DNA of 64,000 nucleotides, taken from Utricularia gibba. Lineage: Eukaryota; Plantae; Magnoliophyta. Every line of letters begins with the position of its first letter. The stretch's first letter is position 1. Under the pieces are notes generated by a model, which saw nothing but the letters and a program-made list of their open reading frames with translations, was not told where the DNA came from and searched no databases. The stretch covers positions 2,356,001-2,420,000 of the forward strand of contig NEEC01000010.1 of NCBI GenBank assembly GCA_002189035.1, in the 5' to 3' direction. A program made the position numbers and the translations under genes. Positions 25,423 to 38,956 of the stretch are shown in pieces.

Positions 25423-28400
25423 CAATGCGTTGATGGTTTATCTTGTACCTTCTGCTAGATTGTCATTTTATTTATTTAACACCCCTAGATCACGGATTAT
25501 TGAGATGGAATCTCAAGTATCTGCCCTGAGGGAAGATTTAAAAGAAGAGCATATAAGATGGCAGTCAGCTAAAGAGAACTATGGAAGACAGGTTTGTTGT
25601 GTCTTTCTTTCGCCAATGTGTTTCTTTTAGTGACCTGCCAATCTCATTTTGTTGTATGTTAGGGCCAAAATTATTTTGGGCGCTCCTTGTTGTGTACCTA
25701 TTGGATGAATAATATCATGGCATTGTCCGTTGATGTTAATGTGGGATAGTTTATGATGCGTATCATACAACCATATTCGTTTAGGGTATTCCATTCATCT
25801 TTTCTCCAAGTCAATCTGCAATCGCTGCAGCCAGTCAGTGTGTCCTTTTTAACGTTTACATGAACTTTACAAGAACTATGCTCCTCATGTGGTTATTGTT
25901 TCCTCTTCTTTGTTGTGCAGGTCATTCTGCAGTCGGAAACAATTAAGGAATTGACTGAAACGTCAAATGCCTTGGCTTCAGTACAGGAGGAGTTGTCTGC
26001 AATTCGTAAAGTGGCAGACGCTCTCAAAGTTGAAAACGTACGTCTCTTAACTCGTTAAACTTTGAAATTGTTATGTAAATGGTAAGCAGAAATATCATCC
26101 AAAAATATAATTGTATTCCCCGGTCATGATTCACTTGCTTGTACACAATCATCTGCTTTTGCAGAATGAACTCAACTCAAAGTGGGAAACTGAAAAGCTG
26201 GCCATAGACGTTTACAGACAGGAAGCTGATAAGAAGTACGCCGAAATTGACGAACTGAACAAAACTTTGCTCAGTCGTCTTGAGGCTCTGCATATTAAAT
26301 TAGCTGAGAAGGATCGAGGCGTTGCTTCTGACAGCAGTTCATCTGATGAAAGTGCAATGCTAAATGTTGTGAATTATCTCAGAAGGACGAAGGAAATTGC
26401 CGAAACAGAGATTTCTTTGTTGAAACAAGAAAAACACAGGTTGCAGAGTCAGCTGGAGTCCGCTTTAAAGTCATCTGAGGCTGCACATACATCTCTCAGT
26501 GCTGAGAGAGCAAAAGCTCGGGCATCATTATTCGCTGATGAAGATTTTAAGTCTCTTCAAATGCAGGTTAGAGAAATAAATTTACTTCGTGAAAGTAATA
26601 TGCAGCTCAGGGAGGAGAACAAACATAATTTTGAAGAGTGCCATAAATTGCGGGAAGCTCTCAGGAGTGTTCAGAATAAAACTGAGAAATTGGAGAAGCT
26701 TCTGGGAGATAAAGATTCTGAACTTGAAGCTAACAGAAAAGAAATTGAGAATCTCAAGACCGAAATAGTGAATTTGCAACTAAGAATTGATGAGTTGGTG
26801 GACAAATACAAGGACATCAACATCGATGACTATTATCTCCTGAAGGAATCTTCTCTGAAGACTGCTGCTATCTTAAGAGAGAAGGATTCCCAAATGGAGG
26901 GACTTAAGAAACAGTTATCTGAAAAGCAGGAAGCTGCAGCGCTTTTAGAGCGAGAAGTTGCTAAAAATAGTGCAGAACTGAATGAACGTGATGCCAGGAT
27001 TAACGAACTGTTGCAAGCTCAGGCATCTTTGAAATCGGAAATTGACAGGGGTCGGCGACTAAATGCTCATAGGAAAAAACTGGAAAAAGAAAAGGAGGAC
27101 CTTGTTAAAGAGATGGAGGCCCTGTCGAAAGAACTGGAGGCAGCCAAACAGGGATCATCAGCTGAACAAGCTCAAAAGGAAAAAGAGAAGGAAAAGGACA
27201 CCAGAATTCAAATTCTTGAGAGAGCTTTAGAGAGGTGCAGGGAGGATCTCAAGAAGGAGAGAGATGAGCATCAAAAAGAAAAAGATAGAGGTAGCAAGAA
27301 TCGGAAGACAGTTGCTGATACACTCGAAACAGTCGCGCAGCATAAGAAAACTTTTTCTGTCGAGCTTGACAAGCACAGGGAAGCCGTAAAACTTGTTGCA
27401 GAAGAACTAGAAAAACTGAAGGCTTCTGGGAGAAGTCTGTCGGACACCATCTCACCTCCCTCCAGTGCTCCCTTGGAGGATTTTGCATCTTCATATTTTC
27501 AGGCTGTAGATAAGTTTACTCAAGTTGCACAATCAGCATGTAATGAGCCACCTGTTGCTTCGGATACTGGACCTGTTGATACTTCGACGTCTGCTGGAGC
27601 CCCTGCATCTAATCAAGTTGTTACTCCAAGTGTCCAGCCCTCCTTGGTGCCCATTGCAAACGCTGCTTTAACACGAGCCACTGACGAGAAAGATAAAAGT
27701 TCTGTAACAGTCAAGCCTGTTCTCAAGACTGCAAGGAGACTGGTGCGTCCTAATGTTACAAAGCCTAAAGGACCTCAAGGTGATGTGGAGATGCCAGAAG
27801 CAGATGATTCCAGCTCTGCATTACCATCCCAAACGACAGAAACTCCAGTGACTGCTGTTGTACGCAAGCGATCATCATCTTCAATTCTCTCTGAGGTACA
27901 GGATGATATACCTGCTGTAGAAGAATCTGTCTACGACATGCCAGCTCCTCCACAGAAAAAGTCAAAAGCATCAGAAGATGTCGCCCCAGAAGGTGGTGAA
28001 AGAACTCCTGCTCCACCTTCAGGACTTCCTGATGCTGAGACTGCAGAATCACTAGAAGATGCTGCGGCTTCTCTGCAAGTGGGTAATGAGGAACCCGCTG
28101 ATGCGGGAGATGAAGTTGAAACTGCATGGGAGCAGGCTGAAGAGCCTACAATGGACGAACAAATTCAAGTTGAGTTATTAAGGGAGACAGGCGAAGTTGC
28201 TGAGGGTAAACCAGAAAATCCAAATGAAGGAGTCTCCTTCGATGATCAAATGAGAGATCAAACTGAGCAAGATATCCAACAAGCAGTTGCTGAATCTGCT
28301 TCTCAAAAAGAAGAGGGAGAGATGGAAACAGATTTTGATGAAAATGAAGGTGATGGTAACCTATCAAGAGAGGAGACGATTAGCCCTGTAACTGGAGGAC

Positions 28401-28867
28401 TTCAGACCGAGCAACCATTGGAAGCTGAGAAATCACAAAGCGCCAAAGCAAACCTGGACATAGAGGCAGGGGAGATCCTTCCAGACGCACCTGCGGTGGA
28501 GAAAAATGCCGACGCCACAGATGCCACTGTTGACATCGCAAATAAGCCTGATGATTCCTTATCCCCAACTCCTGAAATCCCCGAGCCTGCCGTTGCATTG
28601 ACAGTTGAAGAAACAACTTCCAGTACTCAGACTGACGTCGGATCTTCCGAACAAGGTCGACGTTCACCTTCTCAAGACGCCGGAGTAAAACCACCCTCCC
28701 CTTTAAACAGTGGTTCAACCACCACCATTAATCTACAGGAGAGAGCTAGACTTAGGGCGTCTCTCAGGCAGGCCGGCATAGGTGCCTCGCCACCCAGAGG
28801 CCGAGGGAGAGTTCAAGGTCGCGCCGCAAGAGGTGGCCGAGTCCCACGGGGACGATCAGCTGGATAA
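17296..28867 (+). CDS. NUA: Nuclear pore anchor (TPR/Mlp1 homolog), about 34 exons, last exon 26165-28867
   Basis: MPLFMSDEE...AEKADEFI N-terminus, coiled-coil exons (ALLRDGW, VLARNIEF, LRESNMQLREEN) and an RGG-rich C-terminus. Splice junctions were traced in frame. Confidence 0.95.
25375..25422. repeat. Compound microsatellite C16-(TC)8-(AC)8 in a NUA intron
   Basis: Read directly from the sequence. Confidence 0.9.
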
Positions 28868-29498
28868 GCAAGGTCAGTTTCTCTTCCCGACAAGGATGCA
28901 CTTTGCTATTGATCATGGCCATCTCCATGTCCCATGATGCTGGTCGATGAAGACAACGGTTATTTTGGACAATGCTCCCGTTATAGCTTCTTCTGCTACA
29001 TTTTTGAGCTTATGATGTTCAACATTCCCTGTTCGTTTCATGAGCCCTCTAAATCTTATCATTTTTCTATGGCAGAGCATGGTGTAATTTAATAGCATGT
29101 AAATGCCCACATATTACTGTAAATATTGTGTACGGTATACGCAACCAGGGTTGCCCGACAGCCTGGTTGTCGACTCGCATGCCCATGTGCCTTCTCAATA
29201 GAATATTTCGAATGTTGCACCACGGTGGCCGCAGTCCGACGACGGTCGGTAGGGACGGCCGTGTGGCGGCGGTGGAATGCGGTGTATTATGTTTGTTAGG
29301 AGTCGGTACGCGAGGGAAAACAGAGAAAAATACCTGGAATATATATTGGGAAAGAGAACAAACGTCGCCTTGCCAGTTGCCATTATTCACGCTATCCCTG
29401 TCCAAAAAACCTTCAGTCGTCAAGCTCCCATCATCGCATTTACTCCATTTTAGTCCAAGTTTTTTCCCAGATCCCTCTTCTCCAGTTCTGTTTTCTGG

Positions 29499-30497
29499 AT
29501 GGGTTCCTCGTCTGAGGATGAAGGCGAGGAGTATCTGTTCAAGATCGTCATTATCGGAGACTCCGCCGTCGGAAAATCTAACCTTCTGTCGCGCTACGCT
29601 AGAAATGAGTTCAATTTGCATTCCAAGGCTACAATCGGGGTTGAATTTCAAACGCAGTCGCTCGATATTGACGGCAAAGAAGTTAAGGCTCAGATATGGG
29701 ATACCGCCGGCCAGGAAAGATTCCGCGCCGTCACATCTGCCTACTACCGCGGTGCGTTTGGCGCACTCGTCGTTTATGATATAAGCAGAAGATCTACGTT
29801 CGAGAGCATTACCCGGTGGCTTGATGAACTTAAGAGTATGTGCTTCCTTTTCCTTACGAAATTAGAATGCCTCTTGGTTGGAACTTTGTGACCTCGAGTA
29901 TGAATACAAGTTGAATTTGCTTTGAAAGTTGTGGTCTTTGATCTCCTTGCAAATTGGGATGTAAATGGACTTGGTCAAGCTAGATCTGACCCTCTATAAC
30001 ATGAGTTATGATATTGAAACTGTTTGGCAGAGATCCATCCAGGAACATGAACCGGTTCAATGAGTTGAACATTCATTCATTCTGTGGCTGATAATTTAAT
30101 GCTCGTTTTCTCGTTTTATTACTTTTCCATGTTTGATTGCTTGATGTCGATTTTATTTGTTCTTGATGCAGCTCATTCAGATACGACTGTCGCCAGGATG
30201 CTTGTTGGAAACAAATGCGATTTGGAGAGCATCAGGGATGTCAGTGTTGAGGAAGGGAAAGAATTAGCCGAATCAGAGAAGTTGTTTTTCATGGAAACCT
30301 CTGCATTGGACTCAACTAATGTGAAAAAGGCCTTCGAAATTGTGATCCGTGAGATCTACAACAACGTAAGTCGAAAGGTGTTGAATTCTGACTCTTACAA
30401 AGCCGAACTGTCGGTCAACAGGGTATCCCTTGTGGATGATGCCTCTGATACATCAAAGTCAGCCAATGGATCCTCCTATTCCTGTTGCTCCTCCTGA
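29499..30497 (+). CDS. RABA5: Rab GTPase RABA5 (ARA4-like), 2 exons (intron 29836-30171)
   Basis: [30 protein letters not shown] and ETSAL motifs; C-terminal CCSS prenylation motif. Confidence 0.95.
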
Positions 30498-31056
30498 GTT
30501 ACAAGCGCATGTTTATCAACACAGTCCACTGGATTTTCCGTATACCTTTGCTTATTTATCTCCTTTTGTTACACTCCTTCGTCAGTAACATATTTCCAGT
30601 TTGTGGTTAAGTTCTTGTGGCTCTTGATGAGTGGTTTGTTTACTGTACAATTCGGTGTCCCATTATTCCATACCATTTACTTGGTCGCCTATAGTGAGGA
30701 ACTGAACAATACATGTGTTTGTCAATGGAATTTCATGACTTCATTGGTGATGCTCCTTCTGTTATTCCAATTTGATTGAGACTTGTACCAGTGCTTTGAT
30801 ATTGACAGTCACTTTGGAAAAATCCACTCTTGGCATGAACTCAACACATACCAAGTAACATCTTTCGACTAAAAGCCAACTTTGATGTGTGGTGATATTT
30901 GTGCAGAAGAGAGACAAAAGACATCATTGTTGTGGTGCGCAGCCGCACACCAACCATGAACCACAATCATGAATAGGGAGAGAGCCAATGCTTCTAGACC
31001 CTCTCTCTGTTGCAAGACAGATAGATATGTAATTCCCACAAGTGTGAACCAGCACC

Positions 31057-32642
31057 TCAGTTAGATGACCAGCTCCTGGCCAGCTCAAATCCATTTCTTC
31101 CATGATAATAGTCTTGAAAGGTTTTCTCAATCTCAGCTTGAGTATTCATCACAAAGGGACCATGCTGAACTACTGGTTCATTCAATGGTTGCCCTCCTAC
31201 AAGGACGAACCGCAGCCGCTGAGAGTTAGATTCATTCCAGGCACTAAGCCCCTCCCCTTCCCCCAAAGCCAGTATGTGATGAGCATCTGTAGGGGATGAA
31301 TGTTGAGTACCGAAGATCCCTTCGCCTTCGATCACATACACGAAAGCGTTGAATGATTCAGGGATTCTTTGATGGTACTCAGAATTCGGTTCTAGTATGA
31401 AATCAAGGTACATTGTTGGAGTTCTTGTGTAAACTGGGGAGCGGACTCCCATTGCTTCCCCTGCTATAACTTTTACTCTAACTCCTCCTTCTTCAGCCTC
31501 TGGTATGTCGTCTTTCAGCAATTCCTGATACCGTGGCTCGATCCTGGATGTTCATCACAGTGAGTAGTGAGTAGAAATGCATAAGCAGAGAACTGGAACT
31601 GAAGAAAAGAAGCTCACATTTTATCCTTGGAAGACAGATTGATCCATAGCTGCAGCCCTGTATGAGTACCTTCCCCTGCAGGCATTTCTGAGTGAACAAT
31701 TCCTCTTCCAGCAGTCATCCACTGCTCCCCTCCAGCCATAATCATCTTTTTTAGCTCAAATAGTTTTAGGTAGTAACTAAGAGCAAAAGAACTCCAAACA
31801 CTAATACTAATAGCTTCTAAAAGCAAGCTAAAAAGCACCAGCATCATTTTCAGAAACCACATGCATCAAGTACCTGTACTTCACCAGCATGTATTGTTCC
31901 CTTATGACCCGCAAAGTCTTGATGTGTGATTTCTCCCTAGTCCATCACAAATTAGAGCGTCAGTTTCAATAGTGTAATTGGCAAAACCCATCAGAACCAC
32001 ACCAATTTAATCTATCTATTAGCTGAACTGGTTGTCAGGTTTTCAGTTTTTAGACACCTAAATGGAAAATCGAAAAACCCACAAATGAAATTAGTCTTCA
32101 AACTCTACAAACTGATCACAAAAATCGAAAGTGCTCTTTTCCAAGAGCATGTAACTAGCTTCAGTACCTGGAACATGTATGTGACAGTCTCGAAGCCTGT
32201 AAAAGAGAATAAGAATTACTACTACCTCCACACATCCTTAGGCCTCGAACTCTTGACCTTAAAACAAACCCCATTACCTCTGTGAGGATGATCTGGAAAT
32301 CCACCGGGAGGGGAAACTGTGACACAAGAAAAAGAAAGGCGTGAAACACACAGCTTCGATTGATGAAGGGTGTTAGCGATGAATGAAAGAGTACCTGCAA
32401 ACTCATCCATCATGAGAAAAGGATCAAGGTACCTGAGATCATGCCTGCAAGAAGTATAGAACAGAGACCCATGAATCATTTAACTCACAATCTGTTTCGT
32501 TAATATTGCCATGAAAATTGTACCTCCCAATGGTTCTTCTAACAACAGCTCCTTGACCCTCACGCTGTGGCCTGGCTAAGAGCTTGGTAACAACCAACCT
32601 GGGCCGCTGAAATCTAGGAACAGAAGAAGAATACGAAGACAT
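31057..32642 (-). CDS. PRN: Pirin-like cupin protein, 7 exons; possible upstream ATG at 32705
   Basis: LDPFLMMDEF, GFPDHPHRGFETVTYM, WMTAGRGIVHSEMP, LQLWINL and GPFVMNT. Confidence 0.93.
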
Positions 32643-33481
32643 GATGATGCTCCTGTGGGATAAACGAACGAGTCTGAGATTGAAACTCTGGAAAACAGAG
32701 ATCATCCAACTCAAAGAGTTTGTGATTTTTTAGGTATCCACCGTTTAGATGGATTCTGATCGTGGCTGTTATATAGAAGAGCGAAGCGGGCGTGATCATG
32801 ATGTGGGTATGAAAGCGACGCCCAGAGGATGGAGATGGAAATGCGGCGGCGAATGCAGTTGGGGTTCCCATGGTTGCTCTGTCAACGCTTATAAAAATCG
32901 GATCTTTGGAGGTATCTATCCCATCTAGAAGACCGCATCGCTCACCCCGATGTCACGCTGATCTCATCACTAATTTCTGTTCAACTTTCCAACTCAAATT
33001 CCACCCACACGTTTTCATGTCTGGTTGATTCTTCCTTCACCCTGTTTTTGTATACACTACACTGTTCTAAAAGAAAGTTAACATATTCCTCCATTTAATC
33101 ATTTTTTAGATTGAATTCTTTCATATTTCATGATCCACACTTGTATGATAATATAAGCTTTGAGCACCCCAACAGATTTGAGGGCACTTGACATTTACAT
33201 CAGAATGCATGCAGATGCATCAGCTTTTCTGTGTGTTCTTGTTAGGTGCTCCAATCCCATTACAATGTACAACCTGATTATTCTACTCCCAGAAATGCGT
33301 TCCCTTGCCTGGAAGGCAAGATGCATGGGTTGACTCCAACATACTTGTTTTTAAATTCATCTCATTAATTGATATCCAGAGTGAACAAGAAAAAAAAAAA
33401 TTGTGGATGAAGAGGGACTTAAGCTGGAAGTTCCCCTCTATAAACAGCCGGGCCAGTCGATCAAATCAGTATCATGTTATC

Positions 33482-34872
33482 ATGCATTCATTCACATTGA
33501 GTTTCTTGAGCTTCTTATTCTGTGCGTCATCCGCCATAGCTGGTGCCTGGGCAGCATGTGTCCCCATTGAAGCTATATATCAGTTTGGTGACTCTGTGTC
33601 GGATACTGGAAACGTGATTCAATTGTATCCATCCCTACCCGCGAACAAACTCCCCTACGGTGAAACGTATCCTGGATCTCCTACTGGGCGCTGGTCTAAT
33701 GGTCGTCTCATCATCGACTTCATAGGTAGTGATAATTAGGAGAGTACTGGCATGATGCTCTTTTGTGGCTGGATATGTTGACAAGGAGGGTTTTTCAGCT
33801 GACTATTTTGGGCTTTCGCCATTAGAGCCATATCTGAACAAACAGAGTTCGTTCAAAACGGGCGTCAACTTCGCGGTTGCTGGATCAACCGCAATCAGGG
33901 ATGTGACCCTTTTAGCAGATTACCATATAACGCCTCTAGCAGTTCCTTCTTTGTCAGTACAGATAGATTGGTTTAAGCTCCACCTTGTGAGACAATGCCT
34001 CACAAAATCAGGTTCACTCTGATCACAAATTGTTTATTTTATGCGATGACCTCTCAGAGCATGTCAATTCTTGTTTTAATCCCTTGTTTGCGCATCCTCC
34101 AGAATGTGTTCGCAGGAACTTCTTGAAGAACTCTCTGATCGTCTTCGGGCAGAGCGGAGTAAATGATATTGGCATGGAAGCTTTGATCCCTGGTATCATT
34201 CAAGCAATTATGCAAAACCTTGATGTATGTTCTCAAACATGACTACTTATTTGACGTTGGTTTATCACCATTTCAGTCACCAGCATTTCTCTTTATGCTC
34301 CTGAGTAGGAAGTGATCTCTTGGGGTGCATCGCATATTGTGGTTCCAGGGTATTATCCCATCGGCTGCCTAACCATTGGGATATCTCAGTTTGACGGATT
34401 GAACTCAACAAAAGATAGTTTCGGTTGTAATGCAGCCGCAAATGATCTTATAGCAAATGCCAACTCGCAGCTTCAAACTGCTATTCGAAATCTCAACACA
34501 GCGTACCCCCAAATCAGTGTAGTATACATGGACAGCTACGGTGCTTTCATGAATGTTCTCTCACATGCAACTGCTTATGGTCTGTCTGTCCTAAAACCAT
34601 CTCTTCTTCCTCTTTCTGCAAGCTTTGTTTTTCCCATTTAATACTATTTACTGTCTGCAGGGTTCCAACAGAGCACTCTCCTCCAGTCTTGCTGTGGAAC
34701 CGGTATCGAATCCCCAGTTAGCTTGAAGTTTTGCGGTGGCACAGGATTGCCGGTCTGTGCAGATCCAAGCGCTTATATGACTTGGGATGGATATCATCAA
34801 ACAAATGCATCAAATTATCGTATGTTCCCTTCCCTTATATCCTCCATCTTATCGGCCACCGGGTGCAGCTGA
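33482..34872 (+). CDS. GDSL esterase/lipase, secreted, 5 exons
   Basis: Signal peptide, FGDSVSDTGN, GRWSNGR, GVNFAVAGS, GVND and WDGYH (catalytic S/D/H present). Exon 3 is shorter than usual. Confidence 0.9.
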
Positions 34873-35746
34873 CTCCTAGACCTGCCACCGCCCCGGAACA
34901 CGGTGATCACTAGCAGCTCCGCAGCCACCGGGACCATGTCGCCACTACCGCTGCCGTCCATTGCATGTCAGAATTTCAACGTCAGCGTCACTACTATTAC
35001 CACCATTGTGATTAAATAATTGTTAAAAAATGCATCCCTCCATTCTCAGGCAAGCTTCGTGGATAAACTTCTGAAAAATACCTTCCTTTTTGAATGGAGT
35101 GCGATGTAAAATAGTGATCCAAAAGTCAGTTCCATGGCTGTAGAATCACGAACATGCTTAAAAGTCAACTCAATAGTTTAGTGGAAAGAATTCCTTTGTC
35201 GAGTGAGAGAAGCAAATGTGGTTTTTCCTTTTGGGGTTTTATGGAGTGCGCTTGCAATCCAGAATCGTGGAACAGCACTCTTGTGAATCTTCTTGGTGAA
35301 GCGGGAGGCAGGCAGGCATGGTGGCGATGGGTCACCGTATCCAACCAGACTCACCAACCTGTTATTGTAAGAAAGTTGAATGCCAGAATGTTGTATATAA
35401 CTCACCAAAATGAGTGAGATCATTGTTCAAGATTGAAGTTTTGTTAGTTATTCTGTGGATTTGGCGACAAATTTGAAGGCTTTTGAATATCAAAACTCAG
35501 CACATCATTTGATGTTGGATGTCTTTCAACTCCACCCTTACAAAAACTTACTGCAAGAGAAAATGATTAGTAAGAATCAGACAATGTGATTGGCGCTCCG
35601 CTACTCAAAGCTCATCACGCAACATTAAACCAGCATACATCTTACAGAGCAGGGATCGGCGCAGATGCATAGAGGGGAGGTCTGCCAACTAACTCTGCAA
35701 AATTGAATCATGTTGTGCTCAGGGGGTGAGTGATCGAAGCTTCTCC

Positions 35747-38392
35747 CTAGCTGGAAGCTGCTTTCCTTCGGACGATTCTCTTCCTCCGAGCCTTCTGAGG
35801 TGGGGATGATGGCTGTGCTGCTGGATCCGACGAGCCACTCTCAGTGCTCTGCTGTTTGAAACCAAGAAGACCGAGCCCAGACGTGATGGCATTCTTTGAA
35901 ATGAGCCATTTGGTAGCAGGAGCTCCTTCGGAAGGTCTGCTGTAAGCTGCAACTAGCAGCTCATCCGAGTGAGCCAGCGGGTCAACCTCCACACCCAGCC
36001 ACGCGAGTTTAGCAGTCTCGCCTATCCGTATGTTGAGGACTCTGTAAGTCGATTGCAACAGCAAGAATGAGAGGGAAGGACTGAAAACCATGGCCAACAA
36101 AGGACCATTTTTCATATTTGACTTCAAATGGAAAGAGGTTCATGGACATAATTTGATCATAATGCGTTCTTCAGCTTCAGAATTAGATCAATGATGTTGG
36201 CTACAAGTGTGTTTGATATGCGTACCTTATGGCAGCACCGAAGATAAGAGAAACACCTATGACATCGAAGTAGTTGGTCACAGCCCTATCAAAGCCACAT
36301 AATAGCTGGTACCGTAGATTTCCGAAAAGAGCAAGGAATGAGCCGTTGCCGAGTGCATTGCTGCTCACAGGTGGCATTGTCACACAAAGCCTATATGACA
36401 AGCCGGAAATGAAAAAAGTTGGAAATGCTTGAAATGAATGCAACAAAATACTACATTGATATGAAAAAGAGAAGATTGTACCTTCCTTCTATTTTGGAAG
36501 CTGCAAGGTTTGACAATATACCTTGCACAGTTCCTGCTACGAACCCCACCATAGACAATTCTGCAGCTTTATAGAAAAACGACTGAAGTCTCTTCTGGAT
36601 ATCAAATTCTCGGAGATGATAGCTCTTTTCAAAAATGTTATTTGGGAGCTTTTGAAGGGTGTTTTGAAAATCAAATCGAAAGGTATTCCCATATGAATGA
36701 CAAGGGGCAAGCAACCAGAATATGGTGCCATTGCAAGCCGCTGAAGTCAGCACATTGACAAGAGCGAGTTGCCATTCTTGCTTTATCCTGCATAGAAATT
36801 TCAAATGTTTATGCAATTACTCACAATTTCTTTCAGTATCAACAGACATTCAAATATTATAACCTCTGCTTGCGATTCTTGACCTCCCACCATGTGGAGC
36901 AGCCAATGGTAGCTAATTGCTCAAGAAGAAACTTGTACAAAAATGCTGGATCTGCAATCATCCTATATAGAGAACACAAAAATATTCAATAAAATTAAGT
37001 ATTACATACAGCCTGTAAAATGTATTAGAAAAAGGCAAATACAGATGTGTGATTGACTCAATACATCATTATACGATTGGCTTCTCACGATTGGAAAAAA
37101 GACCAATTCAAGCACACATGCAAATTTTTATAAATATTGCTTTGCTGGAAAAAAAAAGGTTGTCAATAACTCTCTTCAACGTTCATGAAATCGCTAAAAC
37201 TTAAAGGAGATATCAATCACCTGCCATAAAATGCTCTTGACATTCCCTGAGGCAGAGACCTAACTATAAACCTCTCGGTGGTTGGTCGGGCATTCATTGC
37301 CAAAAACTTCAACATCTGCGCAGAACTCACTAAACCCTACAGATACTTCAGAATTAGAATATGTTCACAAGTACGAGCAGTTTTCGGATAAAATAAAAAG
37401 GAAACATCTACATTTACCATTTCAAAAGCTTGGCGAAATCCAGCAGGCAAATCCAGGACTGTCTTCTGCCATTCATTCAATACTGCCTCGAGAAATTTTC
37501 TGTCAAACAACTACAGGATACCATTAATCAGACTTCATGAGAATATCCATGAGAATCCCTTGGTGTGAGCATGCTCAAATACATCAGTTTCATACCTCGG
37601 GCAGAATGATTCTTCTCCGGAAGATACCACCATCCTCTCCATCATCACCTTCATCAAAGTTGTCAAAGTAATCATCATCATCACCTCCATCATCGCCCCC
37701 ATCACCACCACCATGATTAAGACCTTTACCCATATCTCCACCCCTTCCACCCACATCAAGCTGTCATACGGAAGAACAAAGCATAGTTAAGATTTTAAAA
37801 TGGCATTTCGCAAGTGGCTTTACTGAATCCAAATTATGAGTGCAACACAACCTCTTCATAAACTATCGCTCATTTGCAATTGGTGAACAAACAAGGAAAC
37901 AAAAAAGACGCTAGAGTAGAAGACAGAACAGAAGCTGTTTCTGAGATGTCTCTCATTCCTGGCATAAAAAAAAAAATATGGGAATTCACATGAAACCACT
38001 CAACCAACAGAGCAACAATTTCTTAGTACCTCAGGACTTGACTTAGTCAGCTTCTGCGTCAACTGAAGTTTCGATTTTTCCAAAGTAACCGCGCCAAATG
38101 CTCCATACTTTCCCCCCTTCATAATCGGACCGGAATCCCAAGACGCCGATGATGACGGAGCATCGACCCCTGGCGGCGAAACCGCAAAACAACGCTCTAA
38201 GTGAGCTACCGCTTCGCTGTCAACCACCGAAGACGACGACGACGACGACCTTATCGTAAAACGACACATTCGAAGCTTTCCATGATTCAACGGCGGAGGT
38301 AGCGGCCTGGAAGTGATGGAGGTCGACAGCGGCTGCGTGGGGAACATGGTACAGGCGGAAGGTGGCGATACGGTCATCGCAATCTGCGCCAT
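35747..38392 (-). CDS. DUF3411 / RETICULATA-like plastid envelope protein (At5g24690-like)
   Basis: Transit peptide, GAFGAVTLEKSKL, Gly/Asp-rich tract, LPAGFRQAFEMG, PCHSYGNTFRFDFQN, NLRYQLLCG and KARRKRIVRRK. Exons join in frame. Confidence 0.88.
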
Positions 38393-38956
38393 TTCTCACC
38401 GGTTCCGATGCTTCTTCCTAGCGGAATCTACGGATAACGATTAGGGTTTATCGTAGAGAAGTACAACTACGAGCACGGAGGAAAGGCTGCCGGCCGTAGA
38501 GTGCAATTCCACCCATAAAAGAAGGCGACCCGAGCAACAAAACTGTCGACAGCAAGATGAGAAATGAACAATTTCCTGCGTAATCCACCTCAATCCGAAT
38601 GAACGGTCAGATTTACAGGATACCCATAAGCCCATAGGCCTCCTTACAAGTCGGGCCCAACCACAGGCCCAGATCCAATACGTATTTTTTTTGGATCCTC
38701 TCTGGTTAAAAATACTAATATACGTAAAATTCAATTTCTATCGAAAAATCAGAGCATTAATATTCACTAATAAAATTTTTACAATTTAAAATATATTTAC
38801 CAAAATACCCCTCGCATTGAAAAATACACGAATTTTAAAAGAAAATGTCATATTAGAAGACAACGAAGCCTCACTCCTACGTGACATGGATAGAAAATTC
38901 TTCTTGCCACATCACTCACCGTCATCCTCCTGCACTTCAAGGTGGAATCCTAGCCG

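Noticed and set aside
29220-29266. Imperfect GC hairpin upstream of RABA5
   Set aside because: Short interrupted stems are expected by chance in GC-rich DNA.
29067-29784. 194-aa and 218-aa ORFs overlapping RABA5
   Set aside because: These are antisense or alternate-frame shadows over a GC-rich promoter and exon, with no recognisable motifs.
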